The notes beneath the pieces are model-generated. The model was not told the origin of the DNA. It saw only the letters and a list, made by a program, of their open reading frames with translations, and ran no database searches. Made by a program: the position numbers and the translations under genes. DNA of 64,000 nt from Fibrobacterales bacterium (GTDB lineage: Bacteria; Fibrobacterota; Fibrobacteria; Fibrobacterales; JAOPTW01). Every line of letters begins with the position of its first letter. Positions within the stretch are counted from its first letter, which is position 1. The DNA lies in assembly GCA_051532035.1 (NCBI GenBank), contig JAOPTW010000016.1, forward strand, positions 32,001 through 96,000. The letters run 5' to 3'. Below, piece after piece: positions 38,130 to 47,563 of this stretch.

Positions 38130-41045
38130 ATGAAACTCTATGCGTTTTCGTGTCTTGCCATAAATGGAGAAACCTTGAAACAATTATCCTTAACCATCAT
38201 GCTCGCGACTATAATTACCCTTTTCTTCCCTGAAACTGGTGTCGCCAAGACACTCGATGATCAAATTAATGAACTCGTCGAGCAAATGGATCTTGGAGCT
38301 CGTGTAGAGCAGCTGACCAACAATGGCAATATGACTACTGGTCGAGATGACACTTGGGGTATTCCTGGATTCACTATGAATGATGGACCACACGGAGTTC
38401 GAGCCGATGAACTCCCTTGGATAGAATCTTCCACCTCATTTCCTCTAGCAATAGGGATGGCGGCAACATGGGATAGAGCCCTGTGGTTTGATATCGGCAA
38501 TGCCATGGGAGAGGAGTTCCATGGATATAATGTTAATGTTCAACTGGGCCCTGTTATCGACCTCGCACATAATCCCCAAAATGGTCGTGCCGCGGAAACC
38601 GCAAGTGAAGACCCGTTCCTCGCAGGTGAATATGGAATTGCCATTACCCGTGGAATCCAGTCTAACCCAGTAATGGCCACCATTAAACATTACTCTGCAG
38701 TCAATCGACAAAATTATCGTCATGAGAGTGACATCAAAATGCACGAACAGGATATGCTCGATCATTTTGGCTATCACTACAGAAGATCGATTCAAGAGGG
38801 GGGCGCCTTAGCAATTATGTCTTCATACAACTCGGTCAACAATGTGCACGCCTCTCACAATGGCCTGCTTATTAATGATATTCTTAAAAGCAGATGGGGA
38901 TACCCATTCTTCGTCATGTCTGATTGGTGGTCAATTCATGATACTCGAGAAGCCATCAATGCCGGCAATGACCTTTGTATGGGTTCTCCTCATTTTAGAG
39001 ACAACCTCTATAGCTTAGTCAATAGCAATCAAGTAAGCTGGGAGACACTCAATAGTTCAGTGCATAGAGTAATAAAAGCAAAAATGCTTGCAGGCCTTTT
39101 TGATGAAGGCTTCCCCGAAGGCGACCCAACCCAGCCCAACAGTAAGGAACACCAAGAACTTGCTCTTCTTGCCGATCAAAAAGCGATGATACTCCTTAAG
39201 AACACCGACAACATTCTTCCCCTTCCCAAAAACAAAAAAATTGCCCTCATTGGCCCAAGTGTTGATGTACCACGAAATAACATTTCTGGATCGGGCTATG
39301 TATTTGCTCCGTATACCGTTACTCCCCTCCAAGGCATAACTGACATCATAGGCGAAGAAAACGTAACCTTTGCCAAAGGTGTGGATATATATCAAGGCAA
39401 TACTGATGGTTTTGATGAAGCAAAAAACATCGCCAAAGACGCCGACTATGTTGTTTATATCGGTGGACTGAGTGAAGATATTGAAGGCGAAAAAGGGGAC
39501 GTCTGGGCAGGTGACCGCCATACTGAATATTATGATTTACCCGAGAAACAACGCTGGCTTATCAATGAACTTGCTGAAGTAAACAAAAATATTATCGTCA
39601 TAACATTAAGTGGCGGCATTGTGGGTGTTAATGATTTTGTCGACAACATTAAGGGCCTCTTTCATATGTTCTATACTGGCCAAGAAGGGGGCAATGCTAT
39701 TGCGAGTGTACTCTTTGGTGATTACAACCCCGCAGGTCGCATGCCTGTATCGATGCCCACCACAGAAGATCAAATGCCTGCCTGGGACGATGACTTTACC
39801 AATGATTTTCACGATGGATATCGGTGGTATGACGAAACAGGTAAAGCCCTACAGTATGCTTTTGGCCACGGACTCAGCTACACTACTTTCTCATATGACA
39901 ACCTTACGATTTCACCAGCCAGTCCATCTATCGGTGACAGTGTCCATGTTACTTTCGATGTAACCAATACTGGTGACCTTGATGGCGAAGAAGTGGTACA
40001 ACTCTACCTTTCAAACCATGGCAGTGCCGTGTGGCACCCCAAAAAAGAGCTCAAACATTTTAAACGAATTGCAATTGCATCTGGAGAAACGAAACAGGTT
40101 ACACTCTCACTCGATGCAGAAACCTTCTACTATTATGACATGGCAAAAAAACACTATGCTATAGAAACGACTGACTACGACATTCACGTGGGAGGAGCCT
40201 CAGATGCCCTTCCGCTCACACAAAAAATAAGTATACAGAGCTCAGGTGATAAAAGTGATCTCCGACCAGTTACTCTCTATACTTACCCTCGCTTTCCCAA
40301 AGAAGGTGAATCAGTTCAATTTTTAGCAACAGTTAAAAATTACGGAACAGCCCCAACCAAAAGCGCTAACATTACCGTCAAATGGAATATCAATAACGAA
40401 ACCGTTGCTCTTGCACCAGTATTTGATGGAGACATTCTTCCCGGTCAAATGCGTTTAATAAGTAGTGACCCAGATCTCGTATCTCAGCCATGGACCTATT
40501 CTGCGAGCCCATCCCTTGCAATTACCGTCATTGTAGATTCAGAAGAAAAAGAGGCTGAATTTGATGAGGAGAATAATACACGCACCTATCTCCTTCCCAA
40601 GCCAGGATATTATGAGCCAGAAGTGTTTATTCCAGAAAGTTCCTCTGAAGAAGTATCATCAGAAGAGCCCGAATCAAGCAGCCACAATAGTAGTGCAATA
40701 GATGTCTCAAGTAGTGATGAGTCCTCATCAATACATGAAGTTGAGAGTTCAGATAGTGAACCAGAAGAATCCCTGTCGAGTAGTGATGAAGATACCTCGC
40801 CCGTAATGAGTACGACACCGTCTCTCTCTTGGAGTACTGAGATTAACAACAATATTTTATCAATCTCACTCGGAGCTCCAGTACCATTGGGCACTATTAC
40901 GATCTACTCTATTCATGGGGTCAAACATACAAGTATTTCCATAGTGCAACACTCTGCTATTGACATTACCAGCCTCCCCAAGGGTGCATACCTCATAGCC
41001 CTCACCTCAGGTACTGAGGAACATTCAAGAGTAGTATCCAAATAG
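38130..41045 (+). CDS. secreted GH3 beta-glucosidase/xylosidase with Fn3-like and CARDB-like domains, Ser/Glu linker and C-terminal sorting-like domain
   Basis: DGPHG, GR..ET.SEDP, KHY, MSSYN, VMSDW (nucleophile), NPAGRMP, FGHGLSYT, GEEVVQLY, E.DEENN. The tail TIYSIHG...SLPKGAYLI resembles a T9SS-type CTD. The true start may be TTG about 15 codons downstream. Confidence 0.92.
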   Translation: MKLYAFSCLAINGETLKQLSLTIMLATIITLFFPETGVAKTLDDQINELVEQMDLGARVEQLTNNGNMTTGRDDTWGIPGFTMNDGPHGVRADELPWIESSTSFPLAIGMAATWDRALWFDIGNAMGEEFHGYNVNVQLGPVIDLAHNPQNGRAAETASEDPFLAGEYGIAITRGIQSNPVMATIKHYSAVNRQNYRHESDIKMHEQDMLDHFGYHYRRSIQEGGALAIMSSYNSVNNVHASHNGLLINDILKSRWGYPFFVMSDWWSIHDTREAINAGNDLCMGSPHFRDNLYSLVNSNQVSWETLNSSVHRVIKAKMLAGLFDEGFPEGDPTQPNSKEHQELALLADQKAMILLKNTDNILPLPKNKKIALIGPSVDVPRNNISGSGYVFAPYTVTPLQGITDIIGEENVTFAKGVDIYQGNTDGFDEAKNIAKDADYVVYIGGLSEDIEGEKGDVWAGDRHTEYYDLPEKQRWLINELAEVNKNIIVITLSGGIVGVNDFVDNIKGLFHMFYTGQEGGNAIASVLFGDYNPAGRMPVSMPTTEDQMPAWDDDFTNDFHDGYRWYDETGKALQYAFGHGLSYTTFSYDNLTISPASPSIGDSVHVTFDVTNTGDLDGEEVVQLYLSNHGSAVWHPKKELKHFKRIAIASGETKQVTLSLDAETFYYYDMAKKHYAIETTDYDIHVGGASDALPLTQKISIQSSGDKSDLRPVTLYTYPRFPKEGESVQFLATVKNYGTAPTKSANITVKWNINNETVALAPVFDGDILPGQMRLISSDPDLVSQPWTYSASPSLAITVIVDSEEKEAEFDEENNTRTYLLPKPGYYEPEVFIPESSSEEVSSEEPESSSHNSSAIDVSSSDESSSIHEVESSDSEPEESLSSSDEDTSPVMSTTPSLSWSTEINNNILSISLGAPVPLGTITIYSIHGVKHTSISIVQHSAIDITSLPKGAYLIALTSGTEEHSRVVSK

Positions 41046-41236
41046 ATAGTACAACCTGCGGTAGTGTTCTATACACTCCCGCATTATTCAATCCTAGGAG
41101 TACACACTCCATGGCAGAGAGCACAATTATTTTTGTTCTCAAGTTGAGAGCAGAAATTTCAACAAACCTAAGTCACGTTTACAACTTTGTAAAATAAAAT
41201 CTATACTCTAAGTACACTACTATTCTTGAGGATACT

Positions 41237-41746
41237 ATGAGTCGGTCTTTTACTACTGTATTTTTAACCAAAACAAATAAAATCATTCTCTCCCTTTTTA
41301 GTTTCCTATGGGTACTTAATGGCTGTCTTTCACAAAATTCAGAAGCTGTCCCTGTATACGGCGTTCAAGAGCCTGATTCAAGTGATGATACATCTTCAGA
41401 AGAGAGCTCAGCGGAAAACTCAAGTGAAACCCATATCAGTTCATTAGACTTCAGCTCATGTGACTGTGCCCCCGAGTATGGCGTTCCCTACTCTGAATAT
41501 GACATTTCAAGTGAAGAAGACTCATCGAGTGAAAAGAGGTCATCAAGTTCACTCATACTTGAGTCATCAAGCAGCTTGTTTATGGTACCACTCTATGGTA
41601 TCCCCGTTTCTCTTGACAGCCAAGACCTTTCCAGTGATGCATCATCCAGCAGCAGCGAGATGATGGCTCCCGAATATGGCGTCCCCTTCTCCGAAAACCT
41701 CGATGTCCCAGTATATGGTATTCCGACTCCAGAGGATAGAGACTAA
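41237..41746 (+). CDS. radical SAM-associated lipoprotein with five PxYG[VI] repeats (putative RiPP-type precursor)
   Basis: Lipobox LNGC (Cys30); motifs VPVYGV, APEYGVP, VPLYGIP, APEYGVP, VPVYGIP separated mostly by Ser/acidic spacers; ends 2 nt before the rSAM gene. Confidence 0.8.
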   Translation: MSRSFTTVFLTKTNKIILSLFSFLWVLNGCLSQNSEAVPVYGVQEPDSSDDTSSEESSAENSSETHISSLDFSSCDCAPEYGVPYSEYDISSEEDSSSEKRSSSSLILESSSSLFMVPLYGIPVSLDSQDLSSDASSSSSEMMAPEYGVPFSENLDVPVYGIPTPEDRD

Positions 41747-41748
41747 CT

Positions 41749-42828
41749 ATGACTACGATACCTTTAAGAAAAAAAGCAGCACTCACCCTCTATCGAGCTC
41801 ACAAGGCTATTGCCCATAAACAGCACAAACTCAACTACCTCTTCTGGGAGTGTACCCTCCGGTGCAATATTAACTGTATTCACTGTGGTTCTGATTGTAC
41901 TAAAGATTCGGGTACAGCCGATATGCCCAAAGAAGATTTCCTCAAAGCAATCGACTCCATTGCCCCTCATGTTGAACCCAATAAAACAATCATTGCTATT
42001 ACCGGTGGTGAGCCCCTTATGCGTAAAGATCTCGCAGAAGTGGGAATGGAACTCAACAAACGAGGATTCCCATGGGGAATGGTTACGAATGGGTGGGCAA
42101 TGACCCCTGAAAAGTTCCGTGAGCTCTTAGCGGCGGGGCTCAGATCAATGACTATTAGCCTCGATGGAATGGAGCATAATCACGACCTTTTTCGCGGCCG
42201 TAAAAACTCCTTCTGCCGAGCAATTGGTACTATTCAAATGGCTGCATCTGTCCCCCGGCTCACTTATGATGTCATGACTTGTGTAAATCAGAAAAACCTG
42301 AGTGAACTTGAGACTATTAAAGAGATGCTCATCGGCTTTGGAGTTAAACGGTGGCGGGTCACCTGCGTTTTTCCCAAAGGTCGGGCCAAAGAATATCCAT
42401 TTTTAAAACTCTGTAATAGTGAAATGCAACAGCTTGTCACCTTTATCCAAGACACCCGTAAAGAAGGAAAGATTCTCGTCGACTACGGCTGTGAAGGCTT
42501 TTTTGGAAAATACGAAGGAGAAGTGCGCAACTACCCATTCTTTTGTCGTGCAGGGGTATCCATTGGCTCAATCTTGGTTGATGGTTCAATTTCTGCGTGC
42601 CCAAGTCTTAGAGCAGACTACATACAAGGAAATATCTATAACGATGACTTTATGGATGTCTGGCAGAATAAGTTTCAGATTATGCGCGATCGCTCTTGGG
42701 CCAAAACCGGCAAATGTACTGATTGTAAGTCTTGGAAGTATTGTCAGGGCAATGGCCTACATCTCCGTGACGAGACCAGTGGTGAACTTTTAAAATGCCA
42801 TTTGGATGATCTTGGCCTCTACGAGTAA
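41749..42828 (+). CDS. radical SAM/SPASM peptide/protein maturase (TIGR04133-like, lipoprotein-associated)
   Basis: LFWECTLRCNINCIHCGSDC (CxxxCxxC), TGGEPL, WGMVTNG; SPASM CRAG...DGSISACPS...QGNI...C..C...KYCQGNGLH...C. Confidence 0.88.
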   Translation: MTTIPLRKKAALTLYRAHKAIAHKQHKLNYLFWECTLRCNINCIHCGSDCTKDSGTADMPKEDFLKAIDSIAPHVEPNKTIIAITGGEPLMRKDLAEVGMELNKRGFPWGMVTNGWAMTPEKFRELLAAGLRSMTISLDGMEHNHDLFRGRKNSFCRAIGTIQMAASVPRLTYDVMTCVNQKNLSELETIKEMLIGFGVKRWRVTCVFPKGRAKEYPFLKLCNSEMQQLVTFIQDTRKEGKILVDYGCEGFFGKYEGEVRNYPFFCRAGVSIGSILVDGSISACPSLRADYIQGNIYNDDFMDVWQNKFQIMRDRSWAKTGKCTDCKSWKYCQGNGLHLRDETSGELLKCHLDDLGLYE

Positions 42829-42855
42829 ACTATAGAACTTCTGTAGGAACGTCAT

Positions 42856-42880
42856 GAGCGGAGATTCTCGCTCCCTTTTT
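42856..42880 (+). terminator. probable intrinsic terminator after the rSAM gene
   Basis: GAGCG...CGCTC stem followed by CCTTTTT. Confidence 0.55.
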
Positions 42881-42988
42881 CTTACTCTATATACCACTTT
42901 TCTATTTGAGTACGCTTTTAGTACGGTAATCTCCCCACTCACCCCCTCTCCACTTCACACGTGCGTCGCCTATTCATATATTTGGAAC

Positions 42989-43117
42989 ACAACTGGTATC
43001 TGAGACTGCTTTTTATTCTAAGTGATTATTCGTCTCATGCCAATCTACATCTACTGGATTCTACAGTAGATTTGCCCAAAGGTTCACTCCCTCCCCAGGA
43101 GTGAACCTCTCTTTTTT
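42989..43117 (+). ncRNA. candidate small RNA (three hairpins, own -10 and terminator)
   Basis: TATATT at 42977-42982; stems TGGTA..TGAGAC/GTCTCA-TGCCA, ATCTACTG/CAGTAGAT and AGGTTCACTCC/GGAGTGAACCT followed by a T tract. Confidence 0.5.
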
Positions 43118-43246
43118 GCCCTTTCAGCCACCTCAATCAGTATAGTGCTCAAAAAAGCACCATCTTTCTATTTACCCCCTTGCAAAGCAAAACGTTAGCA
43201 CTTATATTGCCCTTATGTGCAGTGCACACATGATTGAGGAGACAAA

Positions 43247-45694
43247 ATGTCACATACCATGAAGACCTATATTGAGCAAACCTTTACCGAACAAATTCGT
43301 GCCCACGAAGAGTTGCCCAAAACCACCGGCACCTATGCCGACTTTCCACCCGATCTCAATCCTCTCCTCACTCAAACCCTTCGAGAAAAACAAATTCTCT
43401 CCCTGTATAGTCATCAGCGTGAAGCCTATGACTCTATATCTGCCGGGAAAAATACTGTCATTGTCTCCCAAACTGCAAGTGGTAAAACCCTCTCTTTTTT
43501 GCTCCCCATTCTCAATCAGCATATCACAGCCAAAAACCCTTTTAGCACCCTTTTCCTCTACCCAACCAAAGCTCTGGCACGAGATCAAGAGGGAAACCTC
43601 GCCTCACTGCTCAATACCGCAAATCTTGAACGAAAGCTGGGCACTTTTGATGGCGACACCCCCAAAGAAGAACGGGCAAAGATGATGAGAAGTGCCGATT
43701 TCATCATGAGTAATCCCGATATGCTCCATGGCGGAATCCTCCCTAACCACAATCGTAAGTGGAAGGATTTTATTTCTCGCTTAAAGTATATTGTCATCGA
43801 TGAAGTCCACACCTACCGCGGCGCCTATGGCTCTCATGTAGCAAACATTTTTAGACGCCTCCTTCGGGTCTGTGAAATTCACGGCTCTAAACCTATTTTC
43901 ATCTGTTCATCCGCAACCATTGGTAATCCAAAAGAGCACGTTGAAAAACTGTTTAACCAATCATTTACCGTCATTGATCAAGATGGTTCACCCCGCCCCA
44001 AAAGGGACCTCTATCTCCTCAACCCTTCAATGGCCCGCAGCCATGGCGGATCACTCTATCGAAAAGGCCCCGGTTCAGCCTCTATTCCATTACTGGTTGA
44101 AGCATGTAAACAAGGAGTGCGCACCATCTGTTTTTGCAGGGGTCGACAAGAAGTAGAGCGCCTCTACAAAGCCGTAATCGACCGAGACCCCAGTTTAAAA
44201 AATGTCATTAAACCCTACCGTGGTGGCCTCCTCCCCAACGAAAGACGACAACTCGAAAATGATCTTTTTAGTGGAAAATTAAAAGCAATTATTTCGACGA
44301 ATGCCCTCGAGCTCGGTATCGACATTGGCGACCTCGATCTCTGTATACTCTCGGGCCACCCCGGCACGGTCGCGAGTTTTTGGCAGCAAGCGGGGCGCGT
44401 TGGCCGTAAAAATAATAATGCTATCATTGCCTATATCGCCAAAGAGTCGCCGGTAGATCAGTACCTCGTGCATCACTCTGACTTTATCACTTCAGCACCC
44501 GCAGAACAGGCCTGGCTCAATGCCAACAATCCATATATTCTCTTGCAGCATCTCCCTTGCGCCGCCTATGAACATCCGTTTAGAGAAGAGGAACCTGCCT
44601 TTCCCAATGTATTGTTTAATCAAAGTATCGAGGTTCTCAAAGAAGACGGCAGCCTTAAACCCTATAAAACATTTCTGAGGTATAGCCGCGATGACTATCC
44701 CGCAAAAGGGGTCAACATACGGGGTATGACCGACTACAATATCGAGATCTATTGTGGCACTGAAGTGATTGGTGAAATCGACCCCATAGGAGCTCGGGGC
44801 GAGCTCTACAAAGATGCGATCTACATGCACCTCGGAAAACGCTACATGTCTATGGATTTGGACCTTGAAAAAAAATTATGCCGAGTAGAACGCGTCGATG
44901 TCGACTACTACACCGAGGCTCACTGGGAGCGCAGTGTTTCACTCGAAGAGGAGTTTGATCAACAATTTGTTCATGGCCACAAACTCACGTTTGGTTTTAT
45001 TAATGCAAAGAAACAGCCAAAGCTCTACAAAAAAATCCGCGAAAAGACTTTTGAGAATATTGGATCCGGCCCCATAACCCTTGCTCCCTTTGAATATGAT
45101 ACTACAGGCTTTTGTATTCAACCCAACCCAACCTGGATGCGTGAAGTACAAGCGGTCGATCGCAGGTTTGTCGGCGCCGGTCTCTATGGCCTCGCCTCCA
45201 TCATGCGCAAAGTGTGTCCGTCAGTCTGCATGGCCTCAACCGGTGACATCGAAACTGATGTATCATTAACCGACAAAGATGAGAGTGAATGGAAAAGCTC
45301 ACTCTACCTCTTTGATTCAATTGACGGTGGTGTTGGCTACGGCGAAAAAGTGTATGAAAACCTCGACACCTCTCTCAAACTGTGCCTCGACATAATCAAT
45401 GAGTGTGAGTGCGAAGCAGGCTGTCCCTCTTGCGTCCCTACAATGCCTCCGGGTGCCGAAGGAGAAGAGATGAGTAGCCTCCTCATTGAATCAAATGCAT
45501 CTCGAGAGTGTACCAAAAGTTTACTCCTCGACCTTCTCTACGGAGAGACCTACCTTCCCCAAGTATCCATCATAAAAAAACCACTGAATAACCAAATAGA
45601 ACCACCACCTGCAGACTTGGAATTTTTGATGAATCAAAAAAGACTCTCCAATGCCGCACTCATTATGAAACGAAAAAGGGAGCGCCTCCATTGA
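43247..45694 (+). CDS. DEAH-box helicase with C-terminal DUF1998 Zn domain (MrfA/YprA/Hrq1-like)
   Basis: LYSHQ, TASGKT, YPTKALARDQ, IDEVHTYRG..GSHV, SATIGNP, TNALELGIDIG, QQAGRVGR, D...GGVGY, CECEAGCPSC. Confidence 0.92.
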   Translation: MSHTMKTYIEQTFTEQIRAHEELPKTTGTYADFPPDLNPLLTQTLREKQILSLYSHQREAYDSISAGKNTVIVSQTASGKTLSFLLPILNQHITAKNPFSTLFLYPTKALARDQEGNLASLLNTANLERKLGTFDGDTPKEERAKMMRSADFIMSNPDMLHGGILPNHNRKWKDFISRLKYIVIDEVHTYRGAYGSHVANIFRRLLRVCEIHGSKPIFICSSATIGNPKEHVEKLFNQSFTVIDQDGSPRPKRDLYLLNPSMARSHGGSLYRKGPGSASIPLLVEACKQGVRTICFCRGRQEVERLYKAVIDRDPSLKNVIKPYRGGLLPNERRQLENDLFSGKLKAIISTNALELGIDIGDLDLCILSGHPGTVASFWQQAGRVGRKNNNAIIAYIAKESPVDQYLVHHSDFITSAPAEQAWLNANNPYILLQHLPCAAYEHPFREEEPAFPNVLFNQSIEVLKEDGSLKPYKTFLRYSRDDYPAKGVNIRGMTDYNIEIYCGTEVIGEIDPIGARGELYKDAIYMHLGKRYMSMDLDLEKKLCRVERVDVDYYTEAHWERSVSLEEEFDQQFVHGHKLTFGFINAKKQPKLYKKIREKTFENIGSGPITLAPFEYDTTGFCIQPNPTWMREVQAVDRRFVGAGLYGLASIMRKVCPSVCMASTGDIETDVSLTDKDESEWKSSLYLFDSIDGGVGYGEKVYENLDTSLKLCLDIINECECEAGCPSCVPTMPPGAEGEEMSSLLIESNASRECTKSLLLDLLYGETYLPQVSIIKKPLNNQIEPPPADLEFLMNQKRLSNAALIMKRKRERLH

Positions 45695-46464
45695 TCAATC
45701 AAACCTTTCAGCACTGTAAGGGCATTGGCCCAGTAACCGAAGAGAAAGTACTCCATGCAGGATTTTCTCGTTGGGAAGATATATTAGAAAAACCAGACTC
45801 CCTCCCCGTAGGTGGTAAAGTAAAAGACTCTCTCATGCAGATGACCGAGCAGAGTATCTACGCCTTAGAATCAGATGACATTCAATTTTTTGTCGACTCT
45901 TTTGCACCTTCACAACACTGGCGCATCCTTGATCGCTACTTTTCAAAAGCCTCGTACTTTGACATCGAAACCACCGGGTTTTCAAGCCACGAAAGCGACA
46001 TCTCATGCATTGTCTGTATGCATAAGGGTGAGCTCCATACTTTCGTTCGTGGTAAAAACCTCGACGACTTTCTTGACCTTCTCGAAGATGTCGAACTCCT
46101 TGTTTCCTTTAATGGTACAAGCTTTGACGTCCCCTTTGTAGTGAATTCATTTCATATTCCAGAGATCCCTTGCCCTCATGTAGATCTTAGGTGGATCTGT
46201 TATCACGCCGGCATAACGGGTGGCCTAAAAGCTATAGAAAAGCAATTAAATATACAGCGGCCAAAACACCTTCAAGAGGTCGATGGTTTTGAGGCAATTT
46301 ACCTTTGGGAAAACTGGGAGCGTTATCAAGACCATCAATCCCTCAACAAACTCATTCAGTACTGTCAATACGATGTTCGGTCCCTCGCAACTGTTGCATC
46401 AAAAGTCATGACTAAAGTGCGTCCAAAACCTGACATTCATTCTCTCCACACCCATGTTGCATAA
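45691..46464 (+). CDS. RNase H-like DEDD exonuclease (YprB/MrfB-like) with N-terminal HhH
   Basis: KGIGPVTE (HhH), YFDIETTG, SFNG.SFDVPF, GGLKAIE, L..Y...DV; overlaps the helicase stop. Confidence 0.88.
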   Translation: MINQTFQHCKGIGPVTEEKVLHAGFSRWEDILEKPDSLPVGGKVKDSLMQMTEQSIYALESDDIQFFVDSFAPSQHWRILDRYFSKASYFDIETTGFSSHESDISCIVCMHKGELHTFVRGKNLDDFLDLLEDVELLVSFNGTSFDVPFVVNSFHIPEIPCPHVDLRWICYHAGITGGLKAIEKQLNIQRPKHLQEVDGFEAIYLWENWERYQDHQSLNKLIQYCQYDVRSLATVASKVMTKVRPKPDIHSLHTHVA

Positions 46465-47346
46465 GTGAGTAGTATGATTAAAGAGATAGAAACCAAGTCT
46501 ATTCTTTCGACCCTTAAAGAACCGGACAGTTTTTTTGGGGTACGCTACAATATGAACCTCTATAGAGGGTGTAGTCATCAGTGTATCTACTGCGATAGTA
46601 GAAGCGAGTGTTATCAGATTGAGGATTTTAACCATAGCATTGAAGTAAAAACGAATGCAATTACTCTACTCAACAAAGAACTCAGTAAGAAAAGGATAAA
46701 GGGGACCATTGGAACGGGCTCTATGAACGACCCCTACATGCCGATTGAAAAAAAATATAAACTTACTCGACAAGCACTGAAAGCGATTTACCTCAACAGA
46801 TTTCCTTTACATATCATTACGAAAGGAACCCTCGTTACTCGGGACCGTGACATATTACAAGAGATTCACAAACTCTATGCTGCTATTAGTTTTTCAATCA
46901 CCACACCGCATGATGCTATAGCACGATCAATTGAACCAGGCGCCCCCAACGCTACCAATCGTTTCTCTGCAATGAAGACACTTGCACTTACCGGCCTCTA
47001 TACCGGAGTAACACTGATGCCTTCTCTACCATGGATAACTGACGATATTAACGATTTAAAAATGCTCATCAACAAGTCAGTCGATGCAGGAGCCCAATAT
47101 ATTATATCTGGTTTTGGAGTTACCTTAAGAGACCGACAAAGAGATCATTTTTTCAAAGAACTCGACCAACGATTTCCGACACACAAAGAGCGGTATCTCA
47201 ACACATATGGAACAAGCCACTCCTGTACTCCTACCCATCATCAACAGCTTGATGAGGTTTTTCAGGAGCTCTGCTATGTAAAAGGTATTGCAACAGAGAT
47301 TACCCCTTTTCACCTTCAAGAAACCGAGCAACTGCAACTTTTCTAA
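46465..47346 (+). CDS. radical SAM protein, spore-photoproduct-lyase-like family
   Basis: MNLYRGCSHQCIYCDSRS, GTGSMNDPY...E....LTR, ITKG.LV.RD.D, IEPGAP; abuts the exonuclease gene. Confidence 0.88.
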   Translation: MSSMIKEIETKSILSTLKEPDSFFGVRYNMNLYRGCSHQCIYCDSRSECYQIEDFNHSIEVKTNAITLLNKELSKKRIKGTIGTGSMNDPYMPIEKKYKLTRQALKAIYLNRFPLHIITKGTLVTRDRDILQEIHKLYAAISFSITTPHDAIARSIEPGAPNATNRFSAMKTLALTGLYTGVTLMPSLPWITDDINDLKMLINKSVDAGAQYIISGFGVTLRDRQRDHFFKELDQRFPTHKERYLNTYGTSHSCTPTHHQQLDEVFQELCYVKGIATEITPFHLQETEQLQLF

Positions 47347-47563
47347 CCAACACCCCCCAATAGTATACACAACACCTTATTCTTTACATTACCGAAGGCA
47401 AAGTAAAGAAGCACTCATTACTCAATGAGCACACTCTAATAACTCAATATCATTGTAAACTTTTGTCAAATAGGCCAAAACAAAAATAAATAGGCTATCC
47501 CTGAATTCAGGTATTATATATTTTGCCATTACGAGGGTAGATATTATTTTGAGAGAGGTAGTA

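Noticed and set aside
40630..40800. Ser/Glu-rich low-complexity DNA as a repeat array
   Set aside because: It is an in-frame protein linker with no discrete nucleotide repeat unit.
41057..41150. Several short hairpins between the GH3 gene and the PxYG lipoprotein
   Set aside because: Stems are short or imperfect, with no recognisable riboswitch motif or promoter-terminator unit; likely 3' UTR structure.
43043..43071. TCTAC...GTAGAT hairpin resembling a Cas12a direct repeat
   Set aside because: Single copy, no spacers and no cas genes in the window; treated as part of the sRNA candidate.
43247..45694. DUF1998 helicase as part of an anti-phage system (DISARM/Druantia-like)
   Set aside because: No methylase, SNF2 helicase, PLD nuclease or other defence genes nearby; size and exonuclease partner fit the MrfAB repair type.
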